From Geotalea daltonii FRC-32 (lineage in GTDB: Bacteria; Desulfobacterota; Desulfuromonadia; Geobacterales; Geobacteraceae): DNA of 32,000 nt. The notes beneath the pieces are model-generated. The model did no database searches. It saw only the letters and a program-made list of their open reading frames with translations, and was not told the DNA's origin. The stretch lies in the NCBI RefSeq assembly GCF_000022265.1, contig NC_011979.1, positions 2,130,001-2,162,000 of the forward strand. Direction: 5' to 3'. The translations under genes were made by a program, and so were the position numbers. Of this stretch, positions 1 through 8,363 are shown piece after piece; position 1 is the first letter of the stretch; each line of letters begins with the position of its first letter.

Positions 1-988
1 TCAAAAGTCCCTGGAGCTTTCCCTGGAAGAGATCGACTCGGTGCTCACCCAGATGAAGGAAATGGGGGTGTATTTCGCCGTTATTTCCGGGGGAGAACCT
101 TTCTTCAAGGATGATATATTCGAGATATTCAGGAAGCATTCGGATATGGCGTTCCTCGTCTTCACCCACGGCGGGTTGATAGACGAGGCTATGGTGGAGC
201 GACTCATAGAGGTCGGCAATGTCATGCCCGCCTTTTCCCTTGAAGGCTATGAGACCGAGACCGATGAACGACGCGGCCCTGGCCACTTCAGGAAGGTGAT
301 GCACGCCATGGATCTGCTGAAAAATGCAGGGCTTTCATTCTGCGGCTCCTTTACCCACACCAGCAGGAATACGGATATTATTACCGATGGCAGTTATATT
401 GACATGCTGGTTGAGAAGGGCTGTTTTGCCCTCTGGCTTTTTTCTTATGTTCCGGTGGGGCGTAACCCGGATATGGCCTTGATGCCTGCCCCGGAACAGC
501 GAGACCTGATGCGGCGAAGGACAGCCGATTTCCGCGGTTCAAAGCCCATGCTGATCATCGATTTCTGGAATGACGGGCCCATCATCAGCGGTTGCATTGC
601 CGGTGGCCGTAAATATTTCCATGTCAATGCCAATGGCGACATCGAACCCTGCGTCTTCTGCCATTTTGCCGTGGACAACATCCGCCGCACTTCAATAAAC
701 GAGGCACTGAAATCGCCACTCTTCCGTAAGATCAGAGAAAAGCAGGGCAGCCACGAAAACCTGCTGAGACCTTGCATGCTGATCGATCATCCTTATGTGG
801 GGCGTGAAATGTTTGCCATGGAAGGCACCTACTCCACTCACGAGGGGGCAGGTGAAATTTTCACCGACCTGGCGGGGGACATGGACAAGTATGCTACTGA
901 TTATGCCAGGATTGCCGACCCGACCTGGAAAATGGAATTTACTGCTGAAGCAGGAGAGACAAAGCGGGCCGGTTCTGTAAAAGCATGA
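1..988 (+). CDS. Radical SAM enzyme, 5'-truncated by the window edge (non-B12 type, Cys-rich C-terminal region)
   Basis: The frame is open from base 2 (QKSLELSLEEIDSVL...), so the gene starts upstream of the window. It has a GGEPF glycine-rich motif and the general pattern of MoaA/NifB/PqqE-type radical SAM proteins. The C-terminus carries C-x18-C-x2-C-x37-C (nt 593-775). The CxxxCxxC motif would lie outside the window. Confidence 0.8.
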   Translation, partial: QKSLELSLEEIDSVLTQMKEMGVYFAVISGGEPFFKDDIFEIFRKHSDMAFLVFTHGGLIDEAMVERLIEVGNVMPAFSLEGYETETDERRGPGHFRKVMHAMDLLKNAGLSFCGSFTHTSRNTDIITDGSYIDMLVEKGCFALWLFSYVPVGRNPDMALMPAPEQRDLMRRRTADFRGSKPMLIIDFWNDGPIISGCIAGGRKYFHVNANGDIEPCVFCHFAVDNIRRTSINEALKSPLFRKIREKQGSHENLLRPCMLIDHPYVGREMFAMEGTYSTHEGAGEIFTDLAGDMDKYATDYARIADPTWKMEFTAEAGETKRAGSVKA

Positions 989-2340
989 ATGTCCTTTTGG
1001 TAAACCCGCCATCAACAGGAGTCTTTACCACCTTCGGGGTCAGTCTGCCGCCCATGGGGCTGCTCTACATTGCAGCGAGCCTTGAACAGGCCGGTCACAA
1101 GGTACAGGTTATCGATCTGCAGTGTGAACCGTCGGATCTCGATCCCTTTCATATCAAAGCAGCAGATGTTGTCGGGATCACTTCCGACACGACTCGCATC
1201 GAAAAAGCCATGGAGATTGCACGGCAGGCGGCAGCCATAGGCCGTCCGGTAGTTATGGGTGGCCCCCATCCGCAGTTCATGGCAGAAGAGATCCTTCGTA
1301 CCGGTCATGTGCATTGCATAGTGAAGGGAGAAGGTGATCTGACCTTTCCCCGGTTGCTTCAAAACTTGGAACGCCGTGAAGACCTGGCCGAGGTTGAGGG
1401 CATAATCTTCCGTGACGGGAAGAAGCTGGTGGAGACGGCCAACGGTCCAGTTCCCGACCCGGAACTGCTTTCTTTGCCCGCCCGTCATCTCCTGGATCTG
1501 GGCAAGTACAGTGCGTCCCTGAACGGTATTCCCCTTACGCCAGTAGTGACCAGCCGAGGCTGCCCCGGGGCATGTTCTTTCTGTTCCTCTTCCTCTTTCT
1601 TCGGGCGCCGCTGGCGTAGCCGCAGTCCGGAATCGGTGCTGGCAGAGCTCGACGAGGTGTATAACCGCTACGGCTTCCGTGCCGTTGCCTTTGTCGACGA
1701 CAACTTCAGTCTTTCCCCGGAGCGTGTCATTGCCATTGCCGATGGAATCCGCGCTCGCTCCTATGATCTGCAATGGTGGAACTTCTCCCGCGTCGATAAC
1801 ATCGTCGGCAACCCGCAGATGGTGCAAGCCATGGCACAGGCCGGGTCCAAAACGGTCTTTCTCGGCATCGAGAGTGCCGATGACGAATCATTGAAAACAC
1901 TGGGGAAAGAGAATCAGGGGGAGGCAACCGCAAAGGCGGTAAAGCTTTTGCAGGAAAATGGCATCGAGGTTTTTGGCAGCTATATTCTCGGCCATCTCAA
2001 TGAGACTGCCAAGGATGTGGAGCGGACCATCCAGATGGCGGTTGACCTGAACACCAATATTGCCCAGTTTTCCATCCTGACCCCATATCCCGGCACCCCC
2101 CTTTACAGGGAATTAAAGGAGCGGATATTTCTCAAGCGTTGGAAATTCTATGATGCTCTCCACCTTGTCTTCCGCCATCCGCGCATCAATCGACATCTGC
2201 TTCAGTTCTTGCTGATCAAGGCTTATCTACGGTTCTACCGGCGATCGAAGAAGGCAAAGGACGATTTCAGGGACTATGGCAAAACCCAGGATTTCAGCCT
2301 GAAGAGGATGTTGACCTGTGCATATGATCTTTTTTTCTAA
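985..2340 (+). CDS. B12-binding-domain radical SAM enzyme (class B), copy 1
   Basis: 451 aa. The N-terminus MNVLLVNPP...GLLYIAASLEQAGHKVQVIDL is typical of the cobalamin-binding-type domain. The CxxxCxxC motif is in TSRGCPGACSFC (nt ~1561-1584). The ATG overlaps the upstream stop by 4 bp (ATGA). Confidence 0.9.
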   Translation: MNVLLVNPPSTGVFTTFGVSLPPMGLLYIAASLEQAGHKVQVIDLQCEPSDLDPFHIKAADVVGITSDTTRIEKAMEIARQAAAIGRPVVMGGPHPQFMAEEILRTGHVHCIVKGEGDLTFPRLLQNLERREDLAEVEGIIFRDGKKLVETANGPVPDPELLSLPARHLLDLGKYSASLNGIPLTPVVTSRGCPGACSFCSSSSFFGRRWRSRSPESVLAELDEVYNRYGFRAVAFVDDNFSLSPERVIAIADGIRARSYDLQWWNFSRVDNIVGNPQMVQAMAQAGSKTVFLGIESADDESLKTLGKENQGEATAKAVKLLQENGIEVFGSYILGHLNETAKDVERTIQMAVDLNTNIAQFSILTPYPGTPLYRELKERIFLKRWKFYDALHLVFRHPRINRHLLQFLLIKAYLRFYRRSKKAKDDFRDYGKTQDFSLKRMLTCAYDLFF

Positions 2341-2377
2341 CAGGCGGATGAACAGCTTTGCTTGAAGAAGGCTTCCC

Positions 2378-3280
2378 TTGGCGCTATACAGTAGTTTGAA
2401 CCTGTTTTTCATAAGACTCTTTACCGTGCTCGTCCCCAGATTCATGCACCCTCCCTTTGCCATCTTCTGGGGCGGGCTTTTTTACCTGCTTCTGGCGGAA
2501 AAAAGACGGGGGATCAGGTCCAACATCAGGATCATCACCGGCAGTCGGAACGTGGAGCTGCTTGTGCTGGCCACCTATTACAAGTTCGCCCGCAACTGGT
2601 GCGATGTGATGCTGATGATGAGGTGGCGTGGCTCTAAACTGCAGTCGCTGATCGGCAGGAGGTCGGACGGCGGTCCTCTCGACGCAGCGCTTGCTGCAGG
2701 GAATGGCGCCATTCTCATTTCCCCGCACCTGGGTAACTGGGAGCTGGGGGGGCTGGGGCTTGCGGACATGGGGTACACCCTGAATGTCCTCACCTTCAGG
2801 GAGCCGGATGAGAAGGTAAACGAGTTGAGGGAGCAGGTCCGGCTTGAACGGGGTATTCGCTTTATCTATGTGGACCGGAACGATACGTCGCCGCTGGCGG
2901 TGATCGAGGCGGTCAACGCCCTTCGCCGTAACGAGATACTTGCTTTGCTTGGAGAGCGCGATGGCTCCTCCCATACCATGACCCTCGATTTTTTCGGCAG
3001 GCAGGCTTCCATTCCCGTTGGCGCCGCTTATCTGGCCATGGCCAGCGGAGCGCCGGTCATCCCCGTTTTCGTGCCTCTGGAGGGGAATCACTACGCCACT
3101 ATCATGGAAGCACCCATTTACTTCAGGGGAGGGCATGCCGACCATGCCGGGTCCATCGGGGAAGGGACAGAGCGCATCCTGAGGGTTTTTGAGAAATACA
3201 TCAGAATGTACCCGGACCAGTGGTACAATTTCTTCGACTACTGGGGCAGGGAAAATATCAACAAGGAAAAGGGTTTATAG
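2378..3280 (+). CDS. LpxL/HtrB-family lysophospholipid / lipid A acyltransferase
   Basis: 300 aa with a hydrophobic N-terminus. The HLGNWE motif (H-x4-E/D acyltransferase motif of the lauroyl/myristoyl acyltransferase family) sits in ILISPHLGNWELGG. The start is uncertain: TTG 2378 is the first possible start, and ATG 2445 is an alternative. Confidence 0.85.
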   Translation: MALYSSLNLFFIRLFTVLVPRFMHPPFAIFWGGLFYLLLAEKRRGIRSNIRIITGSRNVELLVLATYYKFARNWCDVMLMMRWRGSKLQSLIGRRSDGGPLDAALAAGNGAILISPHLGNWELGGLGLADMGYTLNVLTFREPDEKVNELREQVRLERGIRFIYVDRNDTSPLAVIEAVNALRRNEILALLGERDGSSHTMTLDFFGRQASIPVGAAYLAMASGAPVIPVFVPLEGNHYATIMEAPIYFRGGHADHAGSIGEGTERILRVFEKYIRMYPDQWYNFFDYWGRENINKEKGL

Positions 3281-3538
3281 ATGTCAGAAGAATTGATCGA
3301 CCAAGTGAAACAACTGATTATAGACAGCCTCCGCATCGAGGGGATGGGGATCAGCGACATCGAGACGGACGCTCCCCTGTTTGGCGAAGGGTTGGGGCTC
3401 GACTCCATCGACGCTCTGCAACTGGTGGTAGGGATGGAAAAGGCATTCGGCGTTGTCGTCCCTGATGCAGAGACCGGCAACAAGGTTTTCCGCTCCGTCA
3501 GGACCATGGCAGAATTCATCGCGGAACACCGTAAATGA
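3281..3538 (+). CDS. Acyl carrier protein (dedicated, cluster-specific)
   Basis: 85 aa and acidic. The phosphopantetheine attachment motif is GLGLDSIDALQLV. The ATG follows the upstream stop directly. Confidence 0.9.
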   Translation: MSEELIDQVKQLIIDSLRIEGMGISDIETDAPLFGEGLGLDSIDALQLVVGMEKAFGVVVPDAETGNKVFRSVRTMAEFIAEHRK

Positions 3539-4824
3539 AACTGCTTCTCATCTCTCCAGGCTGGCCCAAGGGGAGATTGTGGGGCGAGCTGGGGTTCAAA
3601 TTCCCATCCCTTTCCCTCGCAGCCATTGCCGCAGCTACCCCGCCACACTGGGAGGTGGCCCTGTGCGACGAGAACGTGGAGCCCCTTGATGTTGCCGGCC
3701 ATGCGGATCTGGTGGCCATCACCGCCATGACTCCCCAGGCGCCCCGCGCCTATGAGATTGCCGACCAGTTCCGTGCCAGGGGCATAAGGGTTGTGATGGG
3801 GGGCTTCCACGCCAGCAATCTTCCCGATGAGGCGCTTCTCCATGTTGATGCGGTAGTCGTGGGCGAGGGTGATCTGGTCTGGCCCCGGCTGGTATCTGAT
3901 TTTGAAAGGGGAACCCTGCAGCCCGTTTATCGCCCCGACGCCATGCTGGACATGGCGGATCTGCCGGTTGCCAGGCGGGAGATCTTTGCCGGCAAAGGCT
4001 ATCTACTCACAAACACACTCCAGACCACCCGCGGTTGCCCCTTTGACTGCGAGTTTTGTTCAGTTACCGCCTTTTACGGCAGAAAATACCGGGAGCGGCC
4101 GGTGGAGCAGGTACTTACCGAACTTGAAGTGCTGCGCAAGCAGAATTCCTTCGCCTTTTTCGTCGATGACAATCTGGTGGCCAACCGCCGCTATGCCCTG
4201 TCCCTGTTCTCAGCCATGAAAGGAATGGGATTCAAATGGCTTTCCCATGCCCCCATCGACTTTGCCGGTGATCCCGAACTAATGCGAGCGGCCGGCGAAT
4301 CCGGCTGCATCGGCATGTTCGTCGGCTTCGAATCGCTAAACCAGGAATCGCTGGTGGCGATGGGCAAGGTGACCAACCAGGCCACATCATATCTTGAGCA
4401 GGCCAAGGTCTTTCGCGACCACGGCATCGGTATTCTCGGCTCATTCGTCCTGGGTTCCGACGGTGATACTCCCGCCATCTTCGAACCCATACTTCGTTTC
4501 TGCGAAGAAGCCCGTATCGAGGCTGCCATCTTCCCCATCCTAACTCCCTATCCAGGAACCAAGGTTCGTGAAAGGCTGGAAAAAGAGGGGCGCATAACTT
4601 CCAATGACTGGCGCGATTACGATATGGGGCATGTGAATTTCATTCCGCGGGGCATGAGCGCAGCCGAGCTGCAGGCTGGCCATGACTGGCTCAACCGGTC
4701 GTTTTATTCCTTTTCTTCCATGTACCGGCGGATTTTCAAGCTGCACCGATCGGTGCAGGTCTTTGCACCGATGAATTTCGGTTTCCGGAGCGCCATCCGG
4801 CGCACGGCCAAGGTTATGGGGTAG
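3535..4824 (+). CDS. B12-binding-domain radical SAM enzyme (class B), copy 2
   Basis: 429 aa. N-terminus MKLLLISPG...; CxxxCxxC in TTRGCPFDCEFC (nt 4036-4059). There is a 4-bp ATGA overlap with the ACP stop. Confidence 0.9.
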   Translation: MKLLLISPGWPKGRLWGELGFKFPSLSLAAIAAATPPHWEVALCDENVEPLDVAGHADLVAITAMTPQAPRAYEIADQFRARGIRVVMGGFHASNLPDEALLHVDAVVVGEGDLVWPRLVSDFERGTLQPVYRPDAMLDMADLPVARREIFAGKGYLLTNTLQTTRGCPFDCEFCSVTAFYGRKYRERPVEQVLTELEVLRKQNSFAFFVDDNLVANRRYALSLFSAMKGMGFKWLSHAPIDFAGDPELMRAAGESGCIGMFVGFESLNQESLVAMGKVTNQATSYLEQAKVFRDHGIGILGSFVLGSDGDTPAIFEPILRFCEEARIEAAIFPILTPYPGTKVRERLEKEGRITSNDWRDYDMGHVNFIPRGMSAAELQAGHDWLNRSFYSFSSMYRRIFKLHRSVQVFAPMNFGFRSAIRRTAKVMG

Positions 4825-4828
4825 GCTG

Positions 4829-5674
4829 ATGGATTGTTTCATGTTCCCTGGACAACCACTGGCCCGAGGCGCCGCTCTGCCCCCGGATGAGGGCTTTACC
4901 ACAATTGCGGAACTGGTGAGGCAAAAGGCCGGCTTCGACTTGCTCACTTCCAGCTGGCTTCGAGAGGCGAGCACCGAAAATGTCGGCCTCCAGCTCTATG
5001 GCGTAGGGATGAGTCTGTATATGAACCGTAAAATGCGGTCTGCAGGGATTCAACCTGCTGTGGTCGCTGAACACAGCATGGGAATTTATCCGGCACTGGC
5101 TGCGTGCTCTTCACTTCCCGAGGCAGAGGTAATTGAACTTACCTGGCGTGTTGGCGCATGCCTGGCAGAAATGGGCAAAAACCGGGGCTTTGCCCTTGGC
5201 TGCATCATCGGCTTGACCTGCGAGCCGGTGTTGGCCATTGCCGGTAACAGTGGCACTCATCTGGCAAATCATAACACTTCCCGTCACTTTCTTCTCTGTG
5301 GCACGAAAGAAAATATTGAAACAGCCGTTGCCGAGGCCCTTGCCCAAGGAGCCTTTTCGGCAAAAGTCTTTGATTGCGACGCGCCCCTTCACACTCCTCT
5401 CATTTCTGAGTTGGAAACACCGTTGCGGCAGATATTGGCCGATTACAGCTATGCTGAGCCCTGCGGAGTTCTCATTGATCACCTGGAGCAGAACCGATTA
5501 AAGGCAAAAGACCTGCCCGATTTCATGTTCAGACAGCTCTGTATGCCGGTTTACTGGGAAAGAACCTACCGTGCCTTGGTTAGTATGGGGGCAAAGAGAT
5601 TTCATGAGGTAGGGGCAGGCGAGGCGCTGAAAAAGTACAACCGCTGGATAGCCAGTGAAACTGACCAGAAATGA
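4829..5674 (+). CDS. FabD-like acyl-CoA:ACP transacylase
   Basis: 281 aa. It has an MFPGQ N-terminal signature, a nucleophile elbow AEHSMG (FabD has GHSLG) and a downstream LHTPL histidine region. Confidence 0.8.
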   Translation: MDCFMFPGQPLARGAALPPDEGFTTIAELVRQKAGFDLLTSSWLREASTENVGLQLYGVGMSLYMNRKMRSAGIQPAVVAEHSMGIYPALAACSSLPEAEVIELTWRVGACLAEMGKNRGFALGCIIGLTCEPVLAIAGNSGTHLANHNTSRHFLLCGTKENIETAVAEALAQGAFSAKVFDCDAPLHTPLISELETPLRQILADYSYAEPCGVLIDHLEQNRLKAKDLPDFMFRQLCMPVYWERTYRALVSMGAKRFHEVGAGEALKKYNRWIASETDQK

Positions 5675-6101
5675 GAGTGCGGTGAATTTCCACGAGACCT
5701 TGATCAAAGTGCGCTTCAATGAGGTGGATGCTTACCGGGTTGCCTGGCATGGCCATTATGTGGCATGGATGGAAATAGGACGCAATGACCTTGCTGAACG
5801 CTTCGATGTGGGTGTGGAGCAAATCTCCGATGCAGGGTTCATGGCGCCGGTGGTGGATCTCAGCATCAAATACAAAAGACCCGCCCGCTTCGGCGAGGAG
5901 CTGCGCGTGCGCACGAGAGTGAAGCGCACCGAGACGAGCACTCTCGAATTTACCTGTGATATTGTCGGCGAAGATGGACAGCTGACCGCCTCGGGAAGGA
6001 CCGTGCACGTCCTGACTGACATGAATGGGGTCTTGCAGTATACCTTGCCGCCGGTTATTGCCGAGAGGCTTGAAAAGATGATGGCGTTTCTGGGGGTGTG
6101 A
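5655..6101 (+). CDS. 4HBT/YbgC-type hotdog thioesterase
   Basis: 148 aa. The sequence VRFNEVDAYRVAWHGHYVAWME matches the acyl-CoA thioesterase 4HBT pattern with a catalytic Asp. The start is uncertain: GTG 5655 overlaps the upstream gene by 20 bp, while GTG 5682 lies just after the upstream stop. Confidence 0.8.
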   Translation: MKLTRNESAVNFHETLIKVRFNEVDAYRVAWHGHYVAWMEIGRNDLAERFDVGVEQISDAGFMAPVVDLSIKYKRPARFGEELRVRTRVKRTETSTLEFTCDIVGEDGQLTASGRTVHVLTDMNGVLQYTLPPVIAERLEKMMAFLGV

Positions 6102-7507
6102 TGGATATCCTGCTGATCTCAGCCAACAGGGAAAGGACCCCGTATCCGGTTTTCCCTCTCGGTCTTTCCTATCTTGCCGGCCCGCTGGCCGAACGGGGAC
6201 ACCGCTTGAAGGTCCTTGACCTCTGCTTTGCCGATGATCCTGAATCTGCTGTAAGTACAGCTCTCGACGAGTTCACTCCCGATGCAGTGGTTCTTTCCAT
6301 CAGAAACATCGACAACGTCACCTTTCCCGGGAGCCGTTCCTATCTGCCCGGGGTGAAAAAGATCGTCGACATCTGCCGCGGCAGGGTGCCGGTTATCGCC
6401 GGCGGTTCGGGCTTTTCCATCATGCCGGCGGAGATTCTCGCCTACCTGGATGCGGATTACGGCGTGGTCGGCGAGGGAGAGGAAATCTTGCCGGAACTGC
6501 TGACATGCATCTCCGATGGCTTGATTCCCGAGTCCCTGCCGGGGGTGCTGGTCAGGGAAAAAACCGGTTTCTTGCCCGCCAGACTCATCCAGAGCATAAG
6601 ACCTGCCGAGCGCGGCCTTTTCCCGCTGGAACGGTACTACCGCGAAGGGGGGATGGCCAACCTCCAGACCAAGCGGGGCTGCCCCTTTTCCTGCATCTAC
6701 TGCACCTATCCCCTGTTGGAGGGGAGGGCGATCAGGGTGCGGCCGATCGGCGACATCATCACCGAGATCAGATCTCTGGTGGAGGGCTTCGGCATCGGTT
6801 ACATCTACTTTGTCGACGATATCTTCAACTACCCCCCCGAATTTGCCGAGGAACTGTGCCAGGCCATGATCTCCGAGAAACTTCAGATCAACTGGACCGC
6901 CTTCATCAACCCGGCCTTCATAACACCATCCCTGCTGCAGACAATGATTGCCGCCGGTTGCGACGCCGTGGAATTCGGCAGTGAATCGGGTTCAGCCTCG
7001 ATGCTGCGCAATCTCGGTAAATCGTTTACCGTCGATGATCTGCGCAACTCCTCGCGCCTGTGCCGGGAAGCAGGGGCGGATTTTGCCCACTATATTCTCT
7101 TCGGCGGACCCGGTGAGAGCGAAGCAACCATCGACGAGACTTTTGCCCTGATGGACGAGCTTGAACCGACTGCCGTCATTGCCATGACCGGCATCCGTAT
7201 CTTCCCCGGCACGCCATTGCACGCTTCCGCCCTGGCCGACGGCACCCTTGCTGCGGAAACATCCCTGCTGGAACCCGTTTTCTATATTTCGCCTCCCATC
7301 CGGGAGACCCTCTGCCAGATGGTCACGGAGCGGGCACTGGCCAGAAAGAACTGGGTGGCGCCGGGGCTGGAAATCAACATGAGCGATGCCATGCTGGAGG
7401 CCCTGCGCCATTTTCCGGTGCGGGGACCGCTGTGGAAGCTGATGAAAAGACTCGGCCGGAGCAGGATCAGGCCCATGTCGGCAACCGTCGTTGAATCTGC
7501 CGTCTGA
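6098..7507 (+). CDS. B12-binding-domain radical SAM enzyme (class B), copy 3
   Basis: 469 aa. N-terminus DILLISAN...LSYLAGPLAERGHRLKVLDL; CxxxCxxC in TKRGCPFSCIYC (nt 6680-6703). The start is GTG 6098 or, more likely, ATG 6101 (TGATG overlap with the thioesterase stop). Confidence 0.9.
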   Translation: MMDILLISANRERTPYPVFPLGLSYLAGPLAERGHRLKVLDLCFADDPESAVSTALDEFTPDAVVLSIRNIDNVTFPGSRSYLPGVKKIVDICRGRVPVIAGGSGFSIMPAEILAYLDADYGVVGEGEEILPELLTCISDGLIPESLPGVLVREKTGFLPARLIQSIRPAERGLFPLERYYREGGMANLQTKRGCPFSCIYCTYPLLEGRAIRVRPIGDIITEIRSLVEGFGIGYIYFVDDIFNYPPEFAEELCQAMISEKLQINWTAFINPAFITPSLLQTMIAAGCDAVEFGSESGSASMLRNLGKSFTVDDLRNSSRLCREAGADFAHYILFGGPGESEATIDETFALMDELEPTAVIAMTGIRIFPGTPLHASALADGTLAAETSLLEPVFYISPPIRETLCQMVTERALARKNWVAPGLEINMSDAMLEALRHFPVRGPLWKLMKRLGRSRIRPMSATVVESAV

Positions 7508-7518
7508 ATGGAGCTTTT

Positions 7519-8259
7519 ATGGAATTCAAAGACAATATAGTCGTCATCACCGGCGGCACCAGGGGTATCGGCAAGGCGATCTCCCTCCATTTCGCCCGGT
7601 TGGGAGCACAGGTCACGGCAGCTTACCTGACGAATGAAACAGCAGCGGCTGCCCTCAAGGAAGAGTCCGCCGGTCTTGCCGGTGCCATCACTACGGTGAA
7701 AACCGATGTTGCCACTGCCGACGGCGCCATGTCACTTGTGGAGTCAGCGGCGGCAGCCACCGGTTCCATTGATATCCTCGTCAACAACGCCGGCATCATC
7801 CGCGACTGCTATCTTCCCATGATGTCGGAAAATGACTGGGACGCCGTTGTCCGCGGCAATCTTTATCCCCTTTTCCATTGCTGCAAGTGGGGGGTGAGAA
7901 AGATGATCGCCAACCGGCGCGGCGCCATCATCAATCTTTCCTCCGTTTCCGCCTTAAGCGGCACGGCCGGTCAGACCAACTATGCGGCCAGCAAGGGAGC
8001 CGCCATAAGTTTTACCCGTTCCCTGGCCAGGGAGGTGGGGCCGATGGGCATCAGGGCCAATGTTGTGGCTCCGGGGCTGATCGAAACGGAAATGACCGCT
8101 GCCATGAAGCCCGATATGGTTGACAGAATCGTCAAGTCCTCTTCCCTCGGGCGTATCGGCAGGGCGGAAGAGGTCGCCGGGGCGGTTGCCTTTCTTGCTT
8201 CGGAACAGGCTTCCTATATAACCGGCCAGTGCCTGGTGGTGGACGGGGGAATAGTCTGA
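7519..8259 (+). CDS. fabG: 3-oxoacyl-ACP reductase (SDR, FabG-like)
   Basis: 246 aa. It has the TGGTRGIGKAI Rossmann motif, NNAGI, and the YAASKGA catalytic Y-x3-K. GGAG lies 6 nt upstream of the ATG. Confidence 0.9.
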   Translation: MEFKDNIVVITGGTRGIGKAISLHFARLGAQVTAAYLTNETAAAALKEESAGLAGAITTVKTDVATADGAMSLVESAAAATGSIDILVNNAGIIRDCYLPMMSENDWDAVVRGNLYPLFHCCKWGVRKMIANRRGAIINLSSVSALSGTAGQTNYAASKGAAISFTRSLAREVGPMGIRANVVAPGLIETEMTAAMKPDMVDRIVKSSSLGRIGRAEEVAGAVAFLASEQASYITGQCLVVDGGIV

Positions 8260-8316
8260 AAAGGGCTTTCCTGCGCCAAAGAAAAGCTTTATTTATTGTT
8301 CCTTTTCCGGTTAAAA

Positions 8317-8331
8317 TGGCATTTCATTAGC
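8317..8331 (+). promoter_or_regulatory. Candidate sigma-54 (-24/-12) promoter
   Basis: TGGCATTTCATTAGC compared with the consensus TGGCAC-N5-TTGC. The GG-N10-GC spacing is exact. It lies in the only sizeable (104 bp) intergenic gap of the forward operon, 33 bp upstream of the ketosynthase ATG. Confidence 0.3.
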
Positions 8332-8363
8332 GAACAAGTTAGCCAGATGCCACGAAGAGAACA

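Noticed and set aside
1012-1827. A 271-aa minus-strand ORF. Similar antisense or off-frame ORFs occur at 2384-3145, 8711-9268, 9959-10546, 14739-15392, 18092-18898, 19355-20017 and 21069-21671.
   Set aside because: Each lies entirely inside a gene that has strong catalytic motifs in another frame or on the opposite strand. None has motifs or an RBS. I treat them as GC-driven shadow ORFs.
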